Origin: Ranitomeya imitator
Lineage: Eukaryota
Assembly (NCBI RefSeq): GCF_032444005.1
Contig: NC_091283.1
Span: 307,272,001-307,336,000 of the forward strand
Direction of reading: 5' to 3'
DNA: 64,000 nucleotides
The notes under the pieces are model-generated. The model was not told the DNA's origin. It did not search any database and saw only the letters and a program-made list of their open reading frames with translations. Shown here one piece after another: positions 37,601-48,286 of the stretch. Made by a program: the position numbers and the translations under genes. Position 1 is the stretch's first letter, and every line of letters starts with the position of its first letter.

Positions 37601-38997
37601 GGAGTCCACCTTGGGAACCTTGGACCAAGCTGTCAGGTCATCTTCCTCAAAGGGACAAAGGGATACCTCCTCCTGGAAGATGAAGAGAGGAATCCCCGCG
37701 CTGTCCCTACTTGCTCCATTCCATCCTGACCAAATCCTTCACCACACCAATAAACAGGAAAGCTCGTATCTTTTTCTGCGAGAGACCTGCAAACATAATT
37801 TCGTTTGTAGATCTAACCTCTTTCACCTCTAAAAGCCCCATAGTATTTCTAACTGATTTCACCAGGTTATCCATACTCTCTTTGGGAAAACACGATAGCT
37901 CTTCTTCACCAGATGACGATGAATCAGAAGCACCAGAGAATCCAGCCTGGTCATTACCGGAAGCAGAACTGGAGACAGGGGTAACACTCCTTGCTTTAGA
38001 CTTATGTTTGTTAGGCCTGTTTGAGCATCCTAAGGACTGAAGTTCCTCTCATCATTAATCGTATATCAGCGCATCTAACTGAGGACTCCTCCTCTAAAGT
38101 CTGGCTGATACAACTCTGACACAGTCTTTTAAGATAGAGGTCAGGAAGGGGTTGTGAGCACAAGGCACATTCTTTGTGCTTGGCTTTTTTAGTTTTCTTA
38201 GCCTGATAGGGAGGTACACAGAAAGAAGGTGAATCAGCTTAGTAGGCAGAGTCATGTAACACTCACCCAGTGAAGCTGTGATGTGGTACCGGTTCTGGAA
38301 GCGGAGGCACAGCACGAGTTCTAGATGGTACAGCTTACTCCGTACACTCTTGTTAGTGGAGTTGCCCTCTTGGGAGCGCCCAATGCTGTTCTTGGGATTG
38401 CTGTCCGGCTGCACTTCCACCACCTATGGGTGCACCACAGATTCTCCTGGAGAGGACATCTTTGGGACACATTGGCAGCAGGACGCCGCCGGATCTTATA
38501 TTTACAGCCCGTCCATCTCCAGAACAAGCCTCCCCGGACCCCTGGAAGTGAACCCAAGCAATTTCAGTTCAGTAATGCTGAATGGGCAGTGCGCATGCGT
38601 GGGCCTAAACTCGGAAGCACTGCCCGATGGAAGAGCAGGGCAGCCGATGCATGCATCCCGCTCCACAAGATGAGTGCCGGTCTGGTCCTACTGCACCGCG
38701 TGAGCCAGGACACCCTCTTCCGGATCCTGGCCTCACATCATCCACCATCAGACGAGGGTGAAGACTGACAGGCAGAGATCTCCAGACGCTGCTTCTGGTG
38801 CCGCAGCCCCTGGCGCTCCCCAGACACCACACAGGTGGCATGCACAGGCCCAGGTAACCTTTCCTGTGCAGGATCCCGCAGGAACAAGAAACCAACTGAG
38901 GAGGTGAGGGGGACAGCCCCTTTTTATCTGTAGGTTTCCTGTTCGGGGGGGCGGATCCTCTCTCTCAGTGGGTGCTGTCAGCGATAATAAAAAAAAA
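34611..38997 (-). mobile_element. DIRS1-type retrotransposon (copy 2) with ITRs and ICR, RT core deleted
   Basis: Inverted terminal repeats at ~34645-34735 and ~38893-38980; internal complementary region at ~34906-34958; YR (34973-35284, 35399-35700), MT (~35800-36094), RNase H (36268-36513) and ORF1 fragments (~36735-38040). Confidence 0.9.
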
Positions 38998-39092
38998 CAA
39001 CATAATACTGGTGGATAAAACAAAACTGAGCACAAAGCCTTCACAGTTGTCTACACATCATAGGGGAGATCTCATGACACCTCTCTATCTAC

Positions 39093-39190
39093 CTGATGAT
39101 CCTGAGGAACATTGGGATCTTCTTGTTTACTGTCCTGTGGTAGAAGAGGACGGGGACATCTCTCTGGTGTTGTCCTCCTACTGGATAGAT
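39093..39190 (-). CDS. Zinc-finger gene coding exon 4 (DLSSRRTTPERCPRPLLPQDSKQEDPNVPQDHQ)
   Basis: ttccag| acceptor and |gtaga donor; 98 nt (phase 1 to 0). Confidence 0.85.
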
Positions 39191-39269
39191 CTGGAAGAAA
39201 CACACACAGGGACTGAATTCATTCTTTACATACAGATAATTATAGGCTGTGTGTATTTAGTTCTATTAC

Positions 39270-39393
39270 CTGGTGATGTGAGGGGCTGGGGAATCTCCAT
39301 CATGATGTCCTTGTACAGATCTTTGTGTCCTTCTAAATACTCCCACTCCTCCATGGAGAAATAGACAGCGACATCCTGATACCTTATAGGAAC
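39270..39393 (-). CDS. Zinc-finger gene coding exon 3, KRAB-A-like box ([33 protein letters not shown])
   Basis: gtcag| acceptor and |gtaat donor; 124 nt; DVAVYFS.EEW..L...LY.D.M.E pattern. Confidence 0.9.
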
Positions 39394-39476
39394 CTGACAC
39401 ATACAATGATACCGTCATCCCCCCGATCCCTTCATAGCATTACTGTATAATGTCCCAGCATTCCCAGCAGTGTCAC

Positions 39477-39656
39477 CTCTCCAGTCAGCAGCTCAATCAT
39501 TTTGTAGGTGAGTTCTAGGATCTTCTGGTCATTGATGTCCTCATGTATCAGGGGGTGAGGTGGAGGCCTCGTGATTGGGCTCAGGGGTCTTCCCCATCCC
39601 TCAGACACAGGGTCCTGACAGCGCTCACTAGAGGTCTTCTTCACTACTGTGTAATC
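39477..39656 (-). CDS. Zinc-finger gene coding exon 2 (DYTVVKK...KILELTYKMIELLTGE), FAX-type box
   Basis: accag| acceptor and |gtgac donor; 180 nt, open frame. Confidence 0.9.
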
Positions 39657-39785
39657 CTGGTTATGGAGAGACACATTAATAAATCTCACTACAGACATTT
39701 CCAGAGTCCTCACCTCTCCAGTTCTGTCCATCTGTTATTCCCATAGATAAGAATGATGTAATGTGACGTCATCAGAATCTCTCAC

Positions 39786-39863
39786 CTCTCCAGTAAGCCG
39801 GAAGAGGATCTCTAGGGTGAGGTGTAATATCCTCTCTGCCATCTTGTCTCTGTCCATATCCAT
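39786..39863 (-). CDS. Zinc-finger gene coding exon 1 (MDMDRDKMAERILHLTLEILFRLTGE); exon begins at 39932
   Basis: ATG at 39863 with an in-frame upstream TGA; |gtgag donor. The six exons sum to 2772 nt (923 aa plus stop). Confidence 0.85.
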
Positions 39864-40910
39864 CTTTGATTGGTTAATAAGGAAAATTCCCTCAATAGTA
39901 GATCTTCACAGAGGATCGGATATTGTAAATACCTGAATGAGAAGAAGATGAGCCGATGTAACATCATAAAATTCCTGTAGATAATAAGGGGAAACATATA
40001 AGAAGATAGAACTTGTAGATGTTGTACTCTCTAGTCTTGTATGGACTGGAACGTAAGTTGAATTACTGACTAAGACATCTCCTCCATGCTCCCAATCACT
40101 GCCTATATTACTCACTGCCTTGGTGACTGATTGGCTGTAAGAATCATAACTTCGTTAGGACTGAGCAGAAAATACAGAGATTGGCGGGAACCCAAGCAGC
40201 AATGGTATATTTGCTATTTTACAGTGTTTAGTTTTCTTCTTTCCATCTACTAATAAAACCTATATATTTAGGCCACAGACAACAAGCAGTTTCTCCCTCG
40301 GAGTCGGCAGCTGAATACGTTTCTCATAGACTCATCTTCCATAACGCTAATTCTCGTCTCATTTACCGACCCTGGAATCGGCATTAGTAATACTGCAGGA
40401 GATATTCATTACACGTGACAGGAGAAATAACTACTTCATGATGAGGACGACATCTTCATCTTCTACTACGGCTCTAGAAACAGATTTGTCCACAGTCCGT
40501 CACTGACTTCATCACCACCGGCCTCTATATGAAGGTTTCCCGACAATACTGTGTGGGGCCCCGTACTATGAGAGTATTACAGGTTTCCTTGGTTCCCGAC
40601 TTTCATAGTTGGGTCGTTTGTATCTATCAGCGGAAAAGGAACAAAACCATTGTGATTCTTATAAGGAGACAACACAAACCCCCTAAATATAACATTTTAT
40701 AACAACCCCACAATCTGTGACTCTTCAGGGTAAATCGCTCTCTCCCCATTGGATTAGAGCTGATACTATGAAGCTAAAGGGACTAAACAGACTTTCTGTC
40801 ACCTCCATAAAGGGGCACTTTGCCGTGTTTGTCAGAACTGTCCGAGGATTAATAGAGGTGATAGCTTCCCCCCAATTAGAAGGGACACCTGTGGATATTG
40901 GGGTCTTTAC

Positions 40911-41110
40911 CTGCTAAAGTCCTGGTGTGGATCCTCCACCTGCAGAGCCGCACTCCACCTATATGGCAGTTCTGTGCGCACAGGACCTGTGATGAGGTCA
41001 CAGGAGGGGAGGAGTCAGGGGTCACATGATCAGGGGCCTCAGTGTATGCAGGACTCTGCTGTGCTGGTTGCCATGGTGCTGGATGAGGGGAAGTTTATAT
41101 GTGGGGTCAG
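40911..41110 (-). promoter_or_regulatory. Putative non-coding first exon and promoter of the zinc-finger gene
   Basis: CAG|GTAAAG donor at 40911/40910; upstream GTTGCCATGG (RFX X-box-like) and TCACATGA motifs. The transcription start site is inferred, not shown. Confidence 0.45.
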
Positions 41111-41134
41111 GAGGGGTTTACAGTGTGGATGTAG

Positions 41135-41420
41135 CAGAGCCGTGTGTGTACAAGGTGTACGGAGCGGAGCCATGTGTGTACGGGGTGTACGTAGCGGAGC
41201 CGTGTGTGTACGAGGTGTACGGAGTAGAGCCGTGTGTGTACGGGGTGTATGGAGCAGAGCCGTGTGTGTACAAGGTGTACGGAGCGGAGCCATGTGTGTA
41301 CGGGGTGTACGTAGCGGAGCCGTGTGTGTACGAGGTGTACGGAGTAGAGCCGTGTGTGTACGGGGTGTACGTAGCGGAGCCATGTGTGTACGGGGTGTAT
41401 GGAGCAGAGCCGTGTGTGTT
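41135..41420. repeat. 30-bp CpG-rich minisatellite (left part)
   Basis: GTGTGTGTACGAGGTGTACGGAGCAGAGCC variants; continues after the provirus. Confidence 0.95.
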
Positions 41421-42001
41421 TGTTAGAAAAAGTAACCGTTCCTTATTTTTTCAAGTAATACGGTGAGAATAGGAAAGATAAGCAAAATTGAATTGTGTGG
41501 ATAAAACAAGTCTTATTTAATGTCCATTCAAAAAGTGATTACAAAAATGAAGAAAAAGTAAGTTTATCAGTTCATAGCACACAAATCAAGTATTAGATTA
41601 TAAGAGAAAAATTAAGCATAGGTCTTACGTATGTCTTTGAGGCATGATGTGGTCCATGTGGAGAGTTCTCAAGGAATGAGAAAGTCTGCCCCCTACTGGT
41701 GCTGGGTCTACCCTTATATACTCTTTTGACCCATAGACTTCCATTGGTTACTATCTTTTCCTACCTCCTAGCCACATAAGGTGATCTACCTGGTGCTATA
41801 TCCATAGCTCATACCATATTAGCAAAACCTAGTAATTTGCAAACATACATTGGCTCTTTACATTACTTCATGGTACATCCTAAATATAATTTGCTTTGGT
41901 TACGGGTAACCTAAGCAATCCACATATAGATACAGTTTGACAACTCCACTCATTAGTTTTGACATACAAACAACAGATGCGAAAGCCAAGGTCTTCAGGA
42001 T

Positions 42002-42328
42002 CAAGATAAGTGAAAGCAGTCACAGGGGAGCGCAGAGGAATAGACCCAGGGAAGGGGAGATGAAAGGGAGTTGTCGAGCACCACTGCAGCTCCAGCTGAA
42101 TACCTCCAAGGGAGGATAAGAATGCGTGTCAAACAGAAATCAGTCCCAGGAGCGCTGAAGGAAACTCAGACAACATATGTCGTTTGCCACAACGCGTTTC
42201 AACGGTAAACACCGTCTTCTTCAGGTGGGAGAAGAAGACGGTGTTTACCATTGAAACGCGTTGTGGCAAACGACATATGTTGTCTGAGTTTCCTTCAGCG
42301 CTCCTAGGACTGATTTCTGTTTGACACG
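42002..42328 (-). mobile_element. Short Penelope-like fold-back insertion
   Basis: 15-bp TSD CAAGGTCTTCAGGAT at 41987-42001 and 42329-42343; ~100-bp inverted arms at 42123-42222 and 42231-42330; absent from the 5' LTR. Confidence 0.8.
42187..42228 (-). ncRNA. Minimal type I hammerhead ribozyme
   Basis: CCAC-CTGAAGA-A-GACGGT GTTT ACCGTT-GAAAC-GC-GTT-GTGG: 4-bp stem I (CCAC/GTGG), stem II hairpin, AACGCGTT palindromic stem III, GUU cleavage triplet. Confidence 0.7.
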
Positions 42329-42592
42329 CAAGGTCTTCAGGATAGCTGACACACACACTAGAGTTCAGAGCTACTGTTCAATAATTGATCGTTGCATTAT
42401 TATTTTATTATTTTTATTATATTATTGTTTTACATTCCCCCCTGATTATGATTTGAGAAATATCATAATCAATCCTAAACTCTTTCTCTCACCATTCGTA
42501 TCACATTCATTCTTTATTCTGAAAACCTTGTATCAACATCTGTTTTGAATGTCATCTAAATTTTGGAGACTAAAATCAAATTAAATCAAAGA

Positions 42593-43305
42593 TTATATTT
42601 TTCTTTTTAGCATTTCTCTCAAAATATCATCCTCCTTTTTCATTTCTATCTTTATCTTTTTGTAAATATTTTTAATTTTACACATAATAACTATTTGATA
42701 TATGATACACAGCAAAACTATAATAAATATAATAACAATCGGATTAGATAATACATTTCCTGCTGCCATTTTCGCTGAAGACTGTGACCAACTATTTACT
42801 GATTTTCCTAAATTTCTCCACCAAGATGAGCCTAACATACTCGTTCATTCATGTTCAATATCATTTAGATTCCCTTGCTCATGTCTGAATACAATTTCAG
42901 CTTCTTTTAGCTGTTTTGTTAACAAATTTAACAAACCCTTGTCTTTCTTTATCTCATTTGTCCACATATTCCAAGGAAAATTATTAATTTGGGACAAATT
43001 GAACTGTATTGGAAGGATTTTTAGGTTTCTTGAACCTATTGACGTAATATTAATACTTCCTTCCTTCTTTGAGAGAGTTTTCACATTTCCCTCAATACAA
43101 TATAAACCTATTGTCAGACTTTCAGCATGTACACAAGATGAAAAGAATGCAGAAACAGCTTCTTTTTCTGACATAACTTGGAAACAAATCTTATTAGCGC
43201 TTACTGGTGTCACCAAGTCATGGATCGTGTGTACATTCTCAACTCTGGCATGACATGAGGTATGATTATGGAAACATGAATGGTATATGACTTTGTCCTG
43301 TCCAG
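42593..43305 (-). pseudogene. env C-terminal remnant (Cys-rich ectodomain piece, heptad-like segment, TM helix, basic tail) with one in-frame TGA at 42845
   Basis: ORFs 42845-43309 and 42593-42838 are in the same frame (DIEHE*TSMLGSSWW); hydrophobic PIVIIFIIVLLCIIYQIVIMC; lies directly upstream of the PPT. Confidence 0.7.
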
Positions 43306-46300
43306 GCAATTCTGGATTTTATTGTTCTATTCATCCTTTCCACAATACCAGCAGACTGTGGATGGTAGGGTACATGGAACTGTTGTTGTACCCCTAGAAT
43401 AGTACAAACGGCTTGCATGATTTTTCCTGTAAAGTGACTTCCTCTATCGGAGGAGATCATTCTTGGGATCCCCCAAGTACAAAAGACATGGTTAACTAAT
43501 GCTCTAGCTGTAGACAAAGCATCATCTTTTCTGACAGGTAAAATTTCAACCCATTTAGAAAAAAACATCTACTACCACCAATGCATACCTGAGACCATTT
43601 TTACCTGATGGTAGCGGACCAATGTAGTCAATTTGTAGTGTAGACCATGGACCATCTGCAGGTGCGGTTCGGAGTAGTGGCGGTTTCTGTCCTTTTGGTC
43701 TTGGATTAATTTGGGCACAAATGAGACATGATTGGACAACACCTTGTACTGTCTCTTCCATCTTTTCCCAGTAAAATTTTTCTCTGAGAATGTCTAACAA
43801 TTTTTGCTGGCCCAAATGACCCAAGCTTTCATGATTATATTTTGTGAACTCGGCCTGTAGATGTTTTGGTACAACAGGACGCAACTCCCCATTTAAGTCA
43901 TGACACAAAACACCGTTTTCACAAACAAAGGGAGGTTTTGGATCAACCCGGGAAGCAACAAGAGATTTGTCTTTTTCTTGTTCTTCCGCAAAAGAAGGGA
44001 TATGCGTGTCTGTTCTTTGAACTGCTCTAACCTCGAGAAGTTCGGATTGAAACACTTCTTCTCCTGTCAGGGCTGCCTCTTTGGCTAACCTATCTGCGGT
44101 GGCATTTCCAACGGATAATTCGTCATCAGATTTTTTATGGGCAGGAACTTTAACAATAGCAAAACCATTAGGGGTTTTTGATGCTATCACAAAGATTGTT
44201 TTCAGTGTGTCACTATGTACAAGAGTCTTATTGGAAGAATCTACATAGCCTCTTTTCTCCCAAACTGGCAGATAATCTGTCAGTGACCTAACAACATAGG
44301 AGCTATCACTGTGGATTACAATGGGACACTGATCATCAGCTTCATTCAGCTGTAGCACCATTTTTACTGCTTCTAGCTCTGCCCTTTGAGCTGAAAAATG
44401 ACTTGGTAATTTGTGTTTTACAACCTGTTCTCTTTTGGGATAAAAAATGACATATCCTGAATAGTAGTGTCCATCTGCATAGAATCTGGAACCATCCACA
44501 AAAATTGGTACATCTGTTGCTTCTGCCTCTGAAAAGCGATGGACTAGGATCCTGAAAAGACTGTAAACAATCATGAGTTTGTCCTTCATATTGCATCAAC
44601 TGAGGAAGAACATATTTGGCCTTATAATCTACCTCAATTTGTTTGGGAGACAATGACAATAACCAATGAGCAAATCTCTGATGTGACACACCTGGGATAT
44701 TATTCTCAAAGAAAAGTTTTAGTGTAGAATGGGGAGTTTGCAAAGTGATTTTGTTGAACCCAACAATGTGTTCAGTTGCTTTGACTGCAAAGTACACACC
44801 AACCAGGTGTCTTGCACATGTCTCAAAACCTCTTTCAACAGGTGAGAGAAGCTTAGAAAAGTAGCCCAAAATTCTCCACTCTTCTCCCTGCAACTGTAGC
44901 AGCACAGCAGATACAGAAGTCTCTGATGTGTGCAATTGCAAAGCAAATGGCGCGGAAGGATCTACTGTGGACAAAGCAGGTGCAGTTTGTAAATTCATTT
45001 TCAATTGTTCAAATGAGGTTTGTTGTTCATCACCCCAGGGACCAAAGTAATCACTATTTTCACCTTTTAGAAGATCGTACAAAGGCCTGGCCTTGTCTGC
45101 AAAATTTTCAATGAAGTCCCTTGAAAAGTTTATAAGACCCAAAAAATGTCTCAATGCCTTGTGTGATGTTGGAACTGGTAGAGAAGCAATTGCCTCTATT
45201 CTTTCCTGCAGTGGCTGTCTTTTTCCTGGACTCAACAACACTCCTAAAAATCTGACCTCAGTCTGCATCAATTTGACCTTTTTAGTGTTTAATTTCAACC
45301 CTGCATCATGCAGCAGCTCAAACAATTCTTTCAGAAGTGAAACATGTGACTCTTTGTCCTCAGTAGACAATAGGATATCATCCACATACTGCAAAATACA
45401 ATCAGGCCTCGAAAATTTAGATAATACCTTTGCCAATGCCTGATGGAACACACTGGGTGACAAATGCGCCCCTTGAGGTAGCCTGCAGAACAAATATTGC
45501 TCATCCAAGAAGGTAAATGCAAACTTATACTGACAACTCTTTTCAAGAGGTATGCTGAAAAAACCATTACTGATGTCTAGTACAGAGAAATATTTTGCTT
45601 TTGCATTCAGCCTTGCCATCATATCATGAGTATCTGCAACAATGGGTGCTACATTGGGAGTATGTTTATTAAACATCCGCAAATCCAATATCATTCGATA
45701 AGAACCATCAGATTTTAAGACACACCACAAAGGATTGTTACTGACAGAATTAGCCTTTCGGATGACACCTTGTTTTAACAATTCCTGTATGATCTCTGAC
45801 ATAGACTCAATTGATTCTGGAGGCAATTTATACTGACGCTGAGGGGGTGGATCCTTTCCCTCGACATTTACAACAACATTTTTCATCAAACCCACTTCAT
45901 TCCTGAACTGAGCCCAAAGAGAAGGCAAAAGCTGTACAATTTCTGTCAATACCTCATCACCACCAGTTTCAGGCCACAGGTGTTCTGCTGACACAACATC
46001 ATTTAAGCAAATACTTCCAACATGGCTATAATCAATAGGATCAATAACTACAAGTTTACAACCATTAGAATCTTTCCAGATCACTTGATTCCCTAGATCA
46101 ACAACCCATCCAAATTTCTGCATAAAATCTGTGCCAAGTATATTTTCAGAATCACGACAATACCAAATGTCAATTGTTGTTTTGAAAGAACTAGGTATTT
46201 CCAATGTCACATCCGTAACTAAGGTTGCTTTAGTTCCACCTTTTTCACTAAAACCAACAATTGTACAAACTGGTGAATCTGGTTGTAACTTCAAATCAAG

Positions 46301-46450
46301 ATTTGTTACGCTTAATTGGGCTCCTGTATCAATCAAAAATACAACAGTCTGTCCTGCTAGATTTACCTTGATAAAAGGTCTCCCACAATTATCTAATGTC
46401 ACTCGAGCCACAAATTCCAATGGATGAGGTGTAGGAATTGTCTGTGATTG
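43305..46450 (-). pseudogene. Retroviral-type pro-pol: protease, RT, degenerate RNase H (tether), active RNase H and integrase; two frameshifts, integrase C-terminus deleted
   Basis: FLIDTGAQ and ILGTDF; LPQG..SP and YVDD; tether lacking catalytic acids (QLHTS, RHL, TPHS); FVDGS, AELEA, HSDS, NATAD; HHCC, IDYIGP, SSDRG, IVERMN. Frameshifts near 44550 and at the A-run near 43560. Confidence 0.92.
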
Positions 46451-48010
46451 TCAGAAAGATGGAGGAGACGGGAGAAGTCCAATGTCCTTTTTAAAAGCAC
46501 TTGGAGTTCTATTTCTGGCCTCAGTCTCCTTCACGGTCATCTCTCTGATCTGTCTGATTAATGGTGCATACGGTGACTGCGTTTGTCTGTTGTCAGTGTG
46601 AGTGGGTGCATTTGATTGTAATGGAGGTGCAGAAGGCCTAGTGGATAGTTTTGGCATGAGTCCGTTTTCCCTTCCAAGTTTTTCTGTCCCTTGTGTACCT
46701 GTCTCTGATTCTGCTCTCAGGAATTTTCTGCACTGCCACTTTAAGTGTCCAGGTATACCACAGAAATAACAATGGATATTGTTCCTTTGTGTAGTATTTT
46801 TACCTCTATGATCTACATAATCTCTGCTCTGGAAGGTTACTGTAGGTCTAGGTTTCAACTGGCTATCTTCTTTCTCATGAACTACCGCTATTTTTGCCTT
46901 CACCTGATTTTGTTTCATGGATCTCCTTACTCTGTCGATAAAAACTGTTGCTTTTTGTAATGATGGCTGAGCACTAGCCATTTGCTCTGAGGCAGGATCC
47001 AAATATTTGAACTTTTTTACAAAAAATCTGATCATGGATGTTGGCTCCTGATTAGGCCCAATTTCCATCACCATTCTATAGGCCTGCTCAAATTTTACCA
47101 AAAATGCAAATGGATCCTCATTAATATTGGTACAAAGTGATTCCAATATTTCAGCTGTCGGGGTAGATTCTCCCGTAAAGAATAAATTTAATTGCCTAAG
47201 TCTGTCTTCTCTTGTACTATGAATCTGCTCATGCTCCTAATTCAATCTGGGTGTGGTCTGTAATCTTTTTCCCATATGTGAGGGTAACCATACTTTGAAT
47301 ATTTTATTTTTTTGTTCATCATTAAGATTGTATTTGTCTGTATTTGATTAAAAAATGTCTGCATTATAAAAGGCATCCATCTTGTCATTGAAGTTTGGAA
47401 TGTCTTTTACAATTTTCATTAACTGATCGTGTATTTTCAGATTAATGCGTGCTGCTCTGTCATGGAATTTTTTCCGTTGTAATTCTTCTGCCTGAATATC
47501 TACTGACTCATCCAAATCTTGTGTATCAGGGACAAATGATACAGCGGCATTGTCTTCATGTTGGCCTGATCGTGTAAGAACAGAAGCCTTCTTTATATCT
47601 TGTCTCAATTTGGACAATAATTCTGTTCGAACATCAATCTGATCTTCCAATTGTTCAATATGTTCTGACAATATTAAACAATTTGGACAATCAAAGTAAT
47701 CCTTGTCAGATTCGTGTGTGTCACCTTGTGTATCAGTATGACCAGTGTCTTGTGTGACAGTACATATCTCATGTGTCTGTGTGTCAGTTTTCTCAAAAAC
47801 TAAATTATTGTATACTCGGACCATATGCATGACATTTTGAAGCTTCCTTTGTAACTTTTTTACTGAAAAAAACTTTTTATCAATTTTAAGATTCTCTGTT
47901 TCACATTGACTATACAAACTAGACCATAATTGTGAATCTGTATAGCTATGAACAAACAAACTGTATATTACTTTTCTTAGAATATTCATGAATAAAATCC
48001 ATTTTCTCAC
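46451..48010 (-). pseudogene. gag (frameshifted between 47348 and 47146) with a CCHC zinc knuckle
   Basis: CYFCGIPGHLKWQC; position between the 5' leader and pol; ends with TGA in frame with pol. Confidence 0.85.
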
Positions 48011-48286
48011 CTAAGGATTTTCTTTTTCCTCCTGGAATGATCCGACCGTCAATGGATGGTCCTCTGTGTCTTTTCACTGATCTTCCGTCTGGATGAGTCG
48101 TGCAGCTTTCTGAAGACACGAATGCTCACTCCTCTGTAGGCCCTTCTGACTCTTGTGACGTGATATAGTGGAATTTCTGCGCCTTGAACAACAGGTGTTT
48201 AGCAAACCTCCCTTCCCCCCTGTACAAGGGGTGGAATTCCACACAAAAGCACAAAAAAATCAGATCTGGCTTAAGGCTTGCCAAAA

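Larger units (their letters stand above)
41421..42434 (-). repeat. 3' LTR with an inserted ~330-bp element
   Basis: Matches 48287-48955 apart from the insert; minus-strand CCAAT (41743-41747), TATATAA (41714-41720) and ATTAAA (41516-41521). Confidence 0.95.

Noticed and set aside
40974-41466. Repetitive ORFs over the 30-bp minisatellite, and likewise at 48909-49345
   Set aside because: Translations of a stop-free tandem repeat.
42702-43253. 183-aa plus-strand ORF antisense to env
   Set aside because: No recognisable motif; consistent with an antisense shadow of the env frame.
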